Positions 29,887-39,355 of a DNA stretch of 64,000 bases are shown here, one piece after another; positions within the stretch are counted from its first letter, which is position 1; each line of letters opens with the position of its first letter. Source of the DNA: Limisphaerales bacterium. Lineage in GTDB: Bacteria > Verrucomicrobiota > Verrucomicrobiia > Limisphaerales > CAZKNW01. A program made the position numbers and the translations under genes. The notes under the pieces are model-generated. The model saw nothing but the letters and a program-made list of their open reading frames with translations. It made no database searches and had not been told where the DNA came from. The DNA lies in assembly GCA_965658675.1 (NCBI GenBank), contig CBFHTT010000037.1, positions 16,425 through 80,424 on the forward strand, in the 5' to 3' direction.

Positions 29887-30456
29887 ATGGTACTTCCGAT
29901 AGTCAAATATGGAGACCCCGTGCTCAGGCAGCGTGGGGATCAGATCACCGAGATCACACCTGAGATCACCAAGTTGATCGATGATATGATGGACACGATG
30001 CGCGATGCCGAGGGGATCGGGCTCGCTGCACAACAGATCGGTAAGGCGATTCAGTTGACGGTTCTTGATGTGACCGAGGTTTCTGACCGGCCGTCATCCA
30101 TGTCGATTGATGGCGAGGATGTGGAACTCAAGGATCATATGCCGATGGTGTTGATCAACCCTGAGTTGACGTTGACCGGAAAGCGGGAAGAAGGCCCTGA
30201 AGGCTGCCTCAGCTTTCCTGAGATCTATGAAGAAGTGATCCGCCCGGTGGACGTGGAGGTCAAGGCCCTCAACGGGAAGGGTGAGTCCGTTCATTTCAAG
30301 GCGGGTGGTCTTTTGTCACGTTGCATCCAGCATGAGACAGATCATTTGAATGGCATCCTGTTCATTGATCGCATGAGTCGCGAGGCGAAGTTTCATGTGA
30401 AAGAGGAAGTGGATCAGCTTTTCGAAGAGACCCGCGAGGAATTGGGCTTGTCCTGA
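29887..30456 (+). CDS. def: Peptide deformylase
   Basis: GIGLAAQQ, EGCLS, QHETDHLNG. Confidence 0.96.
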   Translation: MVLPIVKYGDPVLRQRGDQITEITPEITKLIDDMMDTMRDAEGIGLAAQQIGKAIQLTVLDVTEVSDRPSSMSIDGEDVELKDHMPMVLINPELTLTGKREEGPEGCLSFPEIYEEVIRPVDVEVKALNGKGESVHFKAGGLLSRCIQHETDHLNGILFIDRMSREAKFHVKEEVDQLFEETREELGLS

Positions 30457-30467
30457 TTTGATGCCTC

Positions 30468-31658
30468 ATGAGCTTCTCACGCGTCACAGTCTTGGTTCTG
30501 GATGGCGTGGGAATCGGTGAGGCTCCTGATGCGGATGACTATGGTGACGTAGGCAGTCATTCCCTTGCCAATTCAGCCCGTGTGGCGGGAGGCCTTCATT
30601 GCCCGAACATGGCAGCGATGGGACTTGGGGCGATTGAGTCGATCAAAGGTGTTCCAGTCGTTGATCAAGGCGCTGGTGGATTTGGAAAGATGACCCCTCA
30701 CTCGGCCGGGAAAGATACCGTCACCGGCCATTGGGAATTGATGGGGATCCAATTGGAAAACCCGTTCCCAACTTATCCTGATGGCTTTCCTACTGAGGTA
30801 ATCTCCGCATTTGAAGCAGCCATCGGGAGATCCGTCATTGGCAACAAGGCATCGTCAGGGACTGTGATCTTGGAGGAGCTCGGTGAGGAGCATGTTCGAA
30901 CAGGGAGTCCCATTGTTTATACCTCTGCGGATAGTGTGTTTCAGATTGCTGCCCATGAAGAGGTCGTTTCCCTGAGTGAGCTCTATGAGATTTGCGAAAA
31001 GGCGCGTGCGTTATTGTCGGGGAGGCACGGGGTCGGGCGGGTGATTGCCAGACCATTCATTGGCAATGATGCAGGTTCATTCACCCGGACCGCTGGGCGT
31101 AAGGACTACCCAATGCTTCCTGAGAAGGACACGCTGATGGATCTGCTGATTGCGAAGGGGCTCGATGTATTGGCTGTGGGGAAGATCGATGACATTTTCG
31201 GCCATCGCGGAATCACTCGTTCCAATCATACCCCGGACAATGCCTCCAGTCTGTTGGCCACTGAGGCATTTCTGAAGGAGACCTTTACCGGGTTGCTCTT
31301 TGTAAACCTGATCGAGTGCGACATGATCTACGGTCATCGCAATGATCCAAAAGGCTACGTGAAGGCTATCGAGAACGTGGATGCGTTTTTGCCACGATTG
31401 ATGAATCAGATGTCGGATGAAGATCTGATGATGATCGTTGCAGACCACGGAGTGGATCCTACGACGCCCGGGACCGATCACTCCCGTGAATACGTTCCTC
31501 TCATGGTTTGGTCGCCATGCATGAATGGAATGGTGAATCTTGGAACACGAGAGACCTTCTCAGATGTGGCTGCGACCTTGGGGGAGAACTTCAAAGTCAA
31601 TGTGAAGACTCCGGGGCATTCATTCATGTCAGAAATACATTCCGCGATCAGAGACTGA
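30468..31658 (+). CDS. deoB: Phosphopentomutase
   Basis: LDGVGIG, GKDTVTGHWE, YTSADSVFQIAAHE, GRVIARPF, YGHRND, ADHG.DPT, TDHSREYVP. Confidence 0.95.
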   Translation: MSFSRVTVLVLDGVGIGEAPDADDYGDVGSHSLANSARVAGGLHCPNMAAMGLGAIESIKGVPVVDQGAGGFGKMTPHSAGKDTVTGHWELMGIQLENPFPTYPDGFPTEVISAFEAAIGRSVIGNKASSGTVILEELGEEHVRTGSPIVYTSADSVFQIAAHEEVVSLSELYEICEKARALLSGRHGVGRVIARPFIGNDAGSFTRTAGRKDYPMLPEKDTLMDLLIAKGLDVLAVGKIDDIFGHRGITRSNHTPDNASSLLATEAFLKETFTGLLFVNLIECDMIYGHRNDPKGYVKAIENVDAFLPRLMNQMSDEDLMMIVADHGVDPTTPGTDHSREYVPLMVWSPCMNGMVNLGTRETFSDVAATLGENFKVNVKTPGHSFMSEIHSAIRD

Positions 31659-31722
31659 AGCGGGCTTTCCAACTGGCTTGTCAGGACGTATAGGAGGGGC
31701 GGTCGCAATCTGAAAATTTACC

Positions 31723-32568
31723 ATGGATACCAACACTACAGTTCTGCTTTTCGACATTGATGGAACCCTGACCGATCCGCGCGAGTTACTGGGCGAGGAA
31801 ATGGCACAGGCCTTGGGGAATCTAAAGGTCCCGTTTCACGTAGCCGCCGGAAGTAATCTGGATCTTGTGGAACCGCAATTCCTGAAGCCATTGGAGAGCT
31901 TCGGATTCAGGAAGAACTTCCATGGCTTTGTGAACAATGGTTCAGCCCACTATCTTTGTAACTTTTCCGATGGATATCAGCTGGAGCCGATGGGGTCCTT
32001 CGATTTTGAAGAGCATCTTGGAAAGGCTGAGTTTGATCATCTGATGTCTGAATTATTAGGAGCCATGCAGCGTGATGAATTCAGGCTGCCTGATACAGTG
32101 AAGGTCATGGGAGAGCAGGTGAAGAACCGGGATTCCATGGTCAACTTCTCTCCAAGTGGAAGACCTGCTGCGGGCGTACTGAGCGAGGCTGCCTTGGCAA
32201 ACAGGAAAGCGTTTGTTGAGTTCGATAAGAGCGAAGACTACCGAAAGAAGCTGATCGCCTATATGGAGGCCAAGTTTGAATCCCTGATTCGTGAGAAACA
32301 GTTGAGGATCATGCTGGGTGGCGAGACGTCCTTTGACATTGTTGTTGAGGGGCAGGACAAGACAGCACCGCTGCGCTGGCTGTTGGATGGCGGCGTGGAA
32401 CGGATCGTCTTCATGGGAGATGCGCTATTCCCCGGGGGAAATGATTCGGTCATTCAGGACTGGGTGGACCGTTGGACGGGCGAAGGAGAATGCCCGGTCG
32501 AAGCCGTGATGGTGGATGGCTGGAAGGATACATTGGAGAAGCTTCGTGGAGGTGGTTTCCTCGATTGA
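31723..32568 (+). CDS. HAD-IIB phosphomutase resembling eukaryote-type phosphomannomutase
   Basis: FDIDGTLT.PR, R.SMVNFSP.GR, GGETSFDI, G.DKT, FMGD..PGGND. Confidence 0.8.
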   Translation: MDTNTTVLLFDIDGTLTDPRELLGEEMAQALGNLKVPFHVAAGSNLDLVEPQFLKPLESFGFRKNFHGFVNNGSAHYLCNFSDGYQLEPMGSFDFEEHLGKAEFDHLMSELLGAMQRDEFRLPDTVKVMGEQVKNRDSMVNFSPSGRPAAGVLSEAALANRKAFVEFDKSEDYRKKLIAYMEAKFESLIREKQLRIMLGGETSFDIVVEGQDKTAPLRWLLDGGVERIVFMGDALFPGGNDSVIQDWVDRWTGEGECPVEAVMVDGWKDTLEKLRGGGFLD

Positions 32569-32680
32569 TCACCCATTCAATCAGTATGTTTTCCTGTGGG
32601 ATCAGGTCCCGTCGTATCGATGATTTGAGAAAAAGGTAAAAAAAGATTTAAGGAGTCTCGGAAACTGGCCGCTTTAATAC

Positions 32681-32797
32681 TCGGTTAAGGCAAGAAGAGA
32701 CGAAAGGAAAGGCCCGCTCGGAGTGAAAACTCCGGCGGGCCTTTCCAGCGCCGAACCAAGCAGGAGAGTGTATTTACTCAACATGCGTTGTTTTTCT
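32681..32797. ncRNA. Candidate small RNA with 18-bp GAAA-loop hairpin (strand unresolved)
   Basis: GGAAAGGCCCGC-T-CGGAGT-GAAA-ACTCCG-GCGGGCCTTTCC at 32706-32746 in a 409-bp intergenic gap, between convergent promoter-like motifs. Confidence 0.45.
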
Positions 32798-32800
32798 ATA

Positions 32801-32816
32801 AGCAGGAGGGCTGCCA
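32801..32816 (-). promoter_or_regulatory. Sigma54 (-24/-12) promoter motif
   Basis: Minus strand TGGCAGCCCTCCTGCT = GG-N10-GC. Confidence 0.6.
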
Positions 32817-32977
32817 TCAGCATTAACGAGAGTGATATTGTTTCGTTCTTTTGACTAAGAATGATGTAACTGGCTGTGATGGAGTGTTTTACGATGGTGT
32901 GAATCGGTGAATTCCGTACTGGAGAACTAGGGGCAGGTCCTTACGATGTTCGTATTCCAAGGTTCTCAGTTATCGGA

Positions 32978-34579
32978 ATGAGTCATCTCCCAATCATCGA
33001 AAGAGAACTCCTCGTGGCCTCGAGGGCACGCGCCGGTCATATCTGGAGGGTCTTGTTTGGTCTCGCTGCGATTTGTGGACTTTGGATCGGTTTCGAAGAG
33101 ACTCAACACAGTCGATCCGGTGGGGGAGACGAGGTTTTAGTCATCTTATCCTGTATTTCCATGGTCTTTTGCGGATTTTCAGGAGCATTTCTGACAGCCG
33201 ATTGTATCAGCCGGGAAAAGAGAGATGGGACCCTTGGGCTTCTGTTTCTATCCAATCTGTCTGCGTTTGACGTGATTATTGGAAAACTCGTGGCTGGATG
33301 TCTTCGATTCACGGTCTGCCTCCTCGTGATTCTGCCGTTCATGATGGTGCCCTTGTTGAAAGGTGGTGTGGGCTGGATGGAGGTGAGTAGGAGTTGGTTT
33401 GGTCTGATTGCCGTTTTCTTCTTTTCCGCGTCGCTTGGAGTGTTTGTCTCCGTATTGGTGGTGGAGGCACGGACTGGAATCATTGCCGTGATCGTCTGGG
33501 TATTGATTCAGGCATTTCTTCCGTTTCTAGCCAGATTGATTCTCGATGAGATGATGAGTCATCGGGCAATCCTGGATCTTGTGTTTCTACCTTCGCCCGT
33601 GGTCCTCCCGATTTTCAGTATCAATGATCTCTACCTCCAGGAGCAGTATGGGCGAGCCCTCTATTGGGGGAGCAGCTTGATTCATCTGCTTGGCGGGCTA
33701 TTACTGCTTTGCCTGGCTGCGTGGCGATTGTCCTGGCTTTGGAAGGAGACTCCCATCGTATTTGCACAACAGGCTGAGGCGCGACGCAAGGAACGCAAAC
33801 GGTTGAAGATTCCTCAACTGCTGGGGCTGGATGAGAATCCCTATGGCTGGATGATCTGGCGAGGGTTCAGGCGACTGAAAATCATTCTTTGGTCAAAACG
33901 TCTGCTGGCGTTGGTTGGTCTGATTGCTTTGGCGGGTTCTTTGTTGGCGAGATCTGACAAAGAGGAATTCTTTGTCACGGCGATGATCGCCATCAGCATC
34001 TTCCATTTTATTTCCAAATTGGATCTACAGCTGGAGGCGATCAGGCAATTGCATGAAGATGCTCACGGTGGAGGAATGGAACTTCTGCTGGCCACTCCGA
34101 TTGCGGGAAAGGAAATGCTCGAAGGCATGCGCAACGCGATTGGGCTACGAGCTAGAAGCGCGCGCAGATGGATGGTCTTTCTAAGGGTGTTGCTGCTGCT
34201 GGCAGTCATGATCTTCAATGAGGAACTCCGGATGCGTCGCGGAGATTGGATTCCATTTGCCGTGTTGTTTGTTGGAGCCATTGCGATGGCTATCTCGGAT
34301 CTGCGAGCGTTGCCATGGGTGACTGCTTTTCATGCGATCAGAAAAAAGACACTTACTGGTGCGGCATTGGGATCAGGTATGTTGATTCATCTCGTTCCCT
34401 GGGTGTTTGCGGTAATGGGGATGCTGATCGTTGCGACCTCTCGGGGAATTGACTGGGAGGAAGTCGCTGTCATTTTTGGAGGGTGGTCATTTGCATCTGT
34501 ACTTTGGGTGGAGTTGGCGGGACGAAGATATAGGAAACGTCTGACGAAGGATCTCCGGCTACTGGTTGCTGAAGGATGA
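32978..34579 (+). CDS. ABC-2-type transporter permease-like membrane protein (paralog 1)
   Basis: PIIEREL, TADCISREKRDGTLGLLFLS, GKL, GGMELLLATP; many TMs. Confidence 0.82.
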   Translation: MSHLPIIERELLVASRARAGHIWRVLFGLAAICGLWIGFEETQHSRSGGGDEVLVILSCISMVFCGFSGAFLTADCISREKRDGTLGLLFLSNLSAFDVIIGKLVAGCLRFTVCLLVILPFMMVPLLKGGVGWMEVSRSWFGLIAVFFFSASLGVFVSVLVVEARTGIIAVIVWVLIQAFLPFLARLILDEMMSHRAILDLVFLPSPVVLPIFSINDLYLQEQYGRALYWGSSLIHLLGGLLLLCLAAWRLSWLWKETPIVFAQQAEARRKERKRLKIPQLLGLDENPYGWMIWRGFRRLKIILWSKRLLALVGLIALAGSLLARSDKEEFFVTAMIAISIFHFISKLDLQLEAIRQLHEDAHGGGMELLLATPIAGKEMLEGMRNAIGLRARSARRWMVFLRVLLLLAVMIFNEELRMRRGDWIPFAVLFVGAIAMAISDLRALPWVTAFHAIRKKTLTGAALGSGMLIHLVPWVFAVMGMLIVATSRGIDWEEVAVIFGGWSFASVLWVELAGRRYRKRLTKDLRLLVAEG

Positions 34580-36189
34580 ATCCATTTCCGATCATTGAGC
34601 GAGAGCTGCGCGTCGCTGCCCGGGCCAAGTCCGGGCACCTTTGGCGTGTGTTGATCGGTGTGGCTGGTTTGATCGCGGCGGGACTTGGGTTTGAGGAAGT
34701 CCGACATCAAACTGTGGGTGGGGGCGATGAGATTCTGGCGTTCATCACAACGGCTGCTTTGATCTTTTGCGGTTTCTCTGGTGCCTTTCTTACGGCGGAT
34801 TCGATCAGTAGCGAGAAGAGGGATGGAACGTTGGGCCTGCTCTTTCTATCCAATCTGACGGCGGGCGATATTGTTATTGGGAAGTTGGCGGCCGGGGCGC
34901 TGAGGTTTCTTGCCTGCCTGTTGGTGTTGATGCCCTTCATGATGGTGCCTCTCTTGAAAGGGGGGGCGACATGGACTGAGGTGGCGAGGTGTTGGTTGGG
35001 TTTGGTCGTGGTATTCGCCTATTCTGTTTCCTTGGGTGTGCTTGTGTCTGTATTCATTACCGAGGCAAGAACGGGTGTGATCACGGTGATTGTCACCATG
35101 CTTGCTCAGACCTTTTTGCCATTTATCGCTTTCGTTATTTGTGTCGCAGTTTTGGATATGGATCAGGAAGAGATTGGTCTGATTCTGGTTCCATCACCCG
35201 TCATTATTCCCTTCTTCAGTTTAAACGATCTATACGATCAGGATGCATCGGCTCGAATGATCTATTGGGGATGCATGCTTTTTCTTTCGATTGGCGCAGG
35301 AGTGTTTCTGAGTGTGGCTGCAGCCCGGTTGGCTCATTTGTGGCGGCGTACTCCGGCGGTGTTTGCCGAACAGGCAGAGGGGCGACGAAAGGAAGGCAAG
35401 AGACGAAGACCTCGCGTTCCGTGGGTCGTGGAACTTGAGTGCAATCCATACGGCTGGATGATTTGGAGAGGGTTTCGGAAGATGAAGATCATGACATGGA
35501 CCCGAACGCTGCTCTTCATGTTGTTTCTATTCTTCCTGTGCTGTGTGGCTACTTCGAAATCGTATGACCGCTCAATGTTCTTTGTGTTCGCGATTGGATG
35601 TGTTGCGATTCTTCATTTCCTGTCCAAGCTCGATTTGGAATTGGAGTCGGTCAGGCAGATTCATGATGACGCTCACAAAGGTGGCATGGAGTTGATTCTG
35701 ACGACGCCACTGGATGTGCAGGAGATGCTTGATGGGATGGAGTCGGGATTAAGACTACGGGCGAAGGAGCTTGGCAGAATGGTCGTGTTTACCGGGATCG
35801 TTCTCTTTCTGCTGATGTGCATCTTTCCCAGTGAGCTTGATTTTGGAAACGGCGACTCGATACCCATGGCAATTTTGTTTGCTGGTGCCACGGTGCTTGC
35901 GATTCAGGATTTCAAGACGATCCCATGGATTGCCGCGCTTCAAGCAGTGAAAAGGCGTTCCCTTGCTGTTGCCTCGGTTGTAACCGCGTTATTGATTCAT
36001 CTGGTGCCAATGCTGGGATTTGTTGTCGTGACCGTAATTCTCGAGGGAATAGGGAATGTAACTTGGGTTGAAGTCTCCGTGCTGTTTTTCATCTGGCTGG
36101 TTTGCACCTTTTTCTGGACTGAGATTTTGTGGAGGTGGAGTCGCAACAAGCTTCAACATAACCTCCGCCAGCTGGCTTCCAGGTCCTGA
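34576..36189 (+). CDS. ABC-2-type transporter permease-like membrane protein (paralog 2)
   Basis: Same motifs (ADSISSEKRDGTLGLLFLS, GGMELILTTP); ATGA overlap with paralog 1. Confidence 0.82.
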   Translation: MNPFPIIERELRVAARAKSGHLWRVLIGVAGLIAAGLGFEEVRHQTVGGGDEILAFITTAALIFCGFSGAFLTADSISSEKRDGTLGLLFLSNLTAGDIVIGKLAAGALRFLACLLVLMPFMMVPLLKGGATWTEVARCWLGLVVVFAYSVSLGVLVSVFITEARTGVITVIVTMLAQTFLPFIAFVICVAVLDMDQEEIGLILVPSPVIIPFFSLNDLYDQDASARMIYWGCMLFLSIGAGVFLSVAAARLAHLWRRTPAVFAEQAEGRRKEGKRRRPRVPWVVELECNPYGWMIWRGFRKMKIMTWTRTLLFMLFLFFLCCVATSKSYDRSMFFVFAIGCVAILHFLSKLDLELESVRQIHDDAHKGGMELILTTPLDVQEMLDGMESGLRLRAKELGRMVVFTGIVLFLLMCIFPSELDFGNGDSIPMAILFAGATVLAIQDFKTIPWIAALQAVKRRSLAVASVVTALLIHLVPMLGFVVVTVILEGIGNVTWVEVSVLFFIWLVCTFFWTEILWRWSRNKLQHNLRQLASRS

Positions 36190-36190
36190 A

Positions 36191-36222
36191 ATAAAAAAGG
36201 ACCGGTCATAGCGACCGGTCCT
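36191..36222 (-). terminator. Intrinsic terminator between convergent genes
   Basis: AGGACCGGTC-atagc-GACCGGTCCT with T-run on the minus strand. Confidence 0.8.
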
Positions 36223-36250
36223 CTGAGGAAATAAGTAAGCCTGTTGAGTT

Positions 36251-37348
36251 CTAATACTCAGGCTCGAGTGGTTTGCGTGGCTTGTATTTCTTGGCCAGTG
36301 CAAGGCAGTCATCCACGGGAAGGATGCCGTCAGTGCAGGTCGGGGATGCCAATGATGCAGCAGCAGTGCAGACGCCGAGCAACAGTGCTTTCTGGTAATC
36401 CCACTCCTCATGGATGCCATAAATGACTCCAGAGCAGAATGCATCTCCAGCGCCGGCGCTTCCGACTATGTATTTGTTGGGAAGCTTGAGGGAGGTCTGC
36501 CAGTAGTCTTTACCGTCACGGGTGCGGGCAAAACAACCTTCAGGGAAGTGAATGACCACCATCTCTGAGACACCCATTTGCAGGAGTGCACCAGCGGAGT
36601 GTTTTACGGAGACGGTGTCGAGTTCGCCTTTATCATCGCGAATCTTGAATCCGGTCACCTTGCCGGCTTCGATCTCATTGATGATGCAATAGTCAGTGTG
36701 CTTCAGAGCAGGGGCCACAACGGTCTTGAAGCGGTCACTGTCTTCACTGACAACGTCGATGCTGGTCTTCATTCCGTTCGACTGTGCCTTGGCAAGCAGG
36801 GCTGCTGCCTTGTTCTCGTGGTTACGGTCCGTCTTCTCGAGCGCGTCGAGAAGGAGTAGATACCCGAGGTGAAAGATCTTTGCCTTGCTCTTGGTGAAAT
36901 CGATGTCAGATCCGTCCCAGAGTGCGTTGGCGCCACGGCAGTGGAAGAAGGTGCGACGACCTGTCTTCTCTTCCGTCATCACATCAGTGTAAGAAGTAGC
37001 TGCTTCTTTGGTGCTGGAAAGGTGTTTGGCTGAGATGCCATTGGCCTTACAGAGTTCCAGGATCTCATTGCCCAGATCATCTTTACCAACAATGCCTGCA
37101 CCGATCAGTGGGAATTTGGCTCCCATGCGTGCGAGATCGATAAGCACGTTGAAGGGGGAGCCTCCTGTGCCTTTGGATAGCGAGCTGATGTTTGCCAGCG
37201 ACTCGGGTTGAGGCCAAACATCGATCATTTTCACCTGATCGATGATCCAGTTGCCTCCTGCGAGTACGCCTTTGCGATTGAGGGTTGGATTCTTGGGCTT
37301 GGTCTTCCGGGTGATGACTTTGCTCTTTACGGGTACCTTTTTTTTCAC
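36251..37348 (-). CDS. PfkB-family carbohydrate kinase
   Basis: GGSPFNV, G.VGKDDLG, NEIEA, GAGDAFCSG. Confidence 0.92.
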   Translation of the reverse strand: MKKKVPVKSKVITRKTKPKNPTLNRKGVLAGGNWIIDQVKMIDVWPQPESLANISSLSKGTGGSPFNVLIDLARMGAKFPLIGAGIVGKDDLGNEILELCKANGISAKHLSSTKEAATSYTDVMTEEKTGRRTFFHCRGANALWDGSDIDFTKSKAKIFHLGYLLLLDALEKTDRNHENKAAALLAKAQSNGMKTSIDVVSEDSDRFKTVVAPALKHTDYCIINEIEAGKVTGFKIRDDKGELDTVSVKHSAGALLQMGVSEMVVIHFPEGCFARTRDGKDYWQTSLKLPNKYIVGSAGAGDAFCSGVIYGIHEEWDYQKALLLGVCTAAASLASPTCTDGILPVDDCLALAKKYKPRKPLEPEY

Positions 37349-37566
37349 GGTCTGGTCAGCAGTTCTGAAATGTTTCGGTGATTTTTAGCGATCGAGCCCG
37401 GTTTTGAAACCATTTTTAGCGATTGAACGGATATTGGCCGGATTATTACAGAAAGTCATTGGTTGAGAGCGGGTTGAAGTCTGCTTGTTCACATTGGAGA
37501 TTGTTCGACAAGGGGAGGGGCTTTAAAAAGGCCTGCCGCCGTTTTGACCGGGGGAAGTCGCGTCTT

Positions 37567-38121
37567 ATGAGCAAGCTAACAGACCAATTGGATCGTCATC
37601 TCAAGAAACAACCCGTTTTGGGTGAGGGGGCCTACATTGCCTCCACCGGTGTGGTGATTGGTGATGTGACCCTGGGAGAGCATTCCAGTGTCTGGTACAA
37701 TGCTGTTTTACGTGGCGATATCAACCGGATCGAAGTGGGCCACCATTCCAATATCCAGGACAATGCCGTGCTGCACCTTGCAGATGACTACCCATGCATC
37801 ATCGGAAACTGGGTGACGGTGGGCCATAGTGCCGTGGTTCACGCTTGCACCATTGGCGATGAGTGTTTGATTGGGATGGGTGCCACGATTCTGGATGGCG
37901 CCGTGATTGGGGATCAATGCATCATCGGAGCCAATGCGCTCGTGACGCAGGGAAAAGAGATTCCACCCGGATCCCTGGTGCTGGGTTCGCCAGCCAAGGT
38001 TGTGAAGACGCTCTCAGAAGAAGAACGAGCCGGCCTCAAGCCATGGGCCCAGAAGTATGTGGAGAACGCAGAATACTGCCTCGCAAACGACATACAGGTC
38101 GGAGGCCCCCTGAAGTCCTGA
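37567..38121 (+). CDS. Gamma-carbonic-anhydrase family hexapeptide-repeat protein
   Basis: [31 protein letters not shown]. Confidence 0.92.
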   Translation: MSKLTDQLDRHLKKQPVLGEGAYIASTGVVIGDVTLGEHSSVWYNAVLRGDINRIEVGHHSNIQDNAVLHLADDYPCIIGNWVTVGHSAVVHACTIGDECLIGMGATILDGAVIGDQCIIGANALVTQGKEIPPGSLVLGSPAKVVKTLSEEERAGLKPWAQKYVENAEYCLANDIQVGGPLKS

Positions 38122-38135
38122 AACAGATTTTAAAC

Positions 38136-39335
38136 ATGAGTAACGCAGTTGAAACCGTACCTGATGCAGAAGGCCACTTTGGTCCTTTTGGTGGTCGCTA
38201 TGTGCCGGAGACCCTTTTCTACCCTCTGCAGGAGCTGGAGCAGGAGTATCACAAGGCGCAACAGGATCCTGAGTTTCAACGTGAACTCAGTTACTACCTG
38301 AAAGAGTTTGTTGGTCGTCCCACACCTCTATATTTCGCCGAGCGGCTCACCAAGAGTCTCGGTGGTGCCAAGATCTATCTGAAGCGCGAGGACCTGCTTC
38401 ACACCGGCGCTCACAAGATCAACAATGCCATGGGGCAGATCCTTCTCGCCAAGCGCATGGGCAAGACCCGGATCATTGCTGAGACCGGAGCGGGCCAGCA
38501 CGGTGTGGCTACGGCGACTGTGGCTGCCATGTTTGGATTCGAGTGTGTGATTTACATGGGCGCTGTGGATTGTGAGCGGCAGGCGTTGAATGTATACCGC
38601 ATGCGGATGCTGGGCGCTGAAGTGCGTCCGGTTGAAGCAGGGCAGAAGACCTTAAAGGAAGCAGTCAATGAAGCCATGCGTGACTGGGTAACAAATGTCC
38701 GCAGCACTCACTACATTCTTGGAACAGCCTATGGAGCGCATCCTTATCCCATCATGGTGCGCAACTTCCACCGTGTGATCGGTGAGGAGGCACGCAGACA
38801 AATTCTCGAACAGGAAGAACGCCTTCCGAATCTGTTGATCGCCTGTGTGGGTGGTGGCTCCAATGCGATTGGTCTCTTTCATCCATTCATAGAGGACAAG
38901 GAAGTCGCCATGCTTGGTGTGGAAGCAGGCGGAGAAGGGATCAAGCCGGAGAAACACGCGGCTCGCTTTCAGGGTGGTTCACTAGGTGTCCTTCAGGGCA
39001 CGCGTTCTTACATTCTTCAGGATGACGATGGTCAGATTCAGCTGACCCATAGTGTCAGTGCCGGACTGGATTACGCTGCTGTGGGACCTGAGCATGCATG
39101 GCTCAAGGACGAAGGACGTGCGGATTATACCTACGCCACGGACGAACAGGCTCTGGATGCCTTTCAGAAACTGGCGCGGCTTGAAGGAATCATTCCTGCA
39201 TTGGAGAGCTCCCATGCTGTTGCTGGAGCCATGGTCAAAGCCCCTGAAATGAGCAAGGACGACATCATTATCGTCAATCTCTCAGGACGGGGCGACAAGG
39301 ACGTCTCCCAGGTTGCAGACATGATCAAGCTGTAG
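38136..39335 (+). CDS. trpB: Tryptophan synthase beta chain
   Basis: [61 protein letters not shown]. Confidence 0.97.
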   Translation: MSNAVETVPDAEGHFGPFGGRYVPETLFYPLQELEQEYHKAQQDPEFQRELSYYLKEFVGRPTPLYFAERLTKSLGGAKIYLKREDLLHTGAHKINNAMGQILLAKRMGKTRIIAETGAGQHGVATATVAAMFGFECVIYMGAVDCERQALNVYRMRMLGAEVRPVEAGQKTLKEAVNEAMRDWVTNVRSTHYILGTAYGAHPYPIMVRNFHRVIGEEARRQILEQEERLPNLLIACVGGGSNAIGLFHPFIEDKEVAMLGVEAGGEGIKPEKHAARFQGGSLGVLQGTRSYILQDDDGQIQLTHSVSAGLDYAAVGPEHAWLKDEGRADYTYATDEQALDAFQKLARLEGIIPALESSHAVAGAMVKAPEMSKDDIIIVNLSGRGDKDVSQVADMIKL

Positions 39336-39355
39336 AGGCTTGATCAATGAAAGCC

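Noticed and set aside
32674..32784. 36-aa minus-strand ORF (MLSKYTLLLG…) in the candidate sRNA locus
   Set aside because: No RBS, runs through a very stable hairpin and has no protein-like features; not fully excluded.
37338..37345. A8 tract after the pfkB start as a phase-variation site
   Set aside because: Short, in frame and explained by Lys codons.
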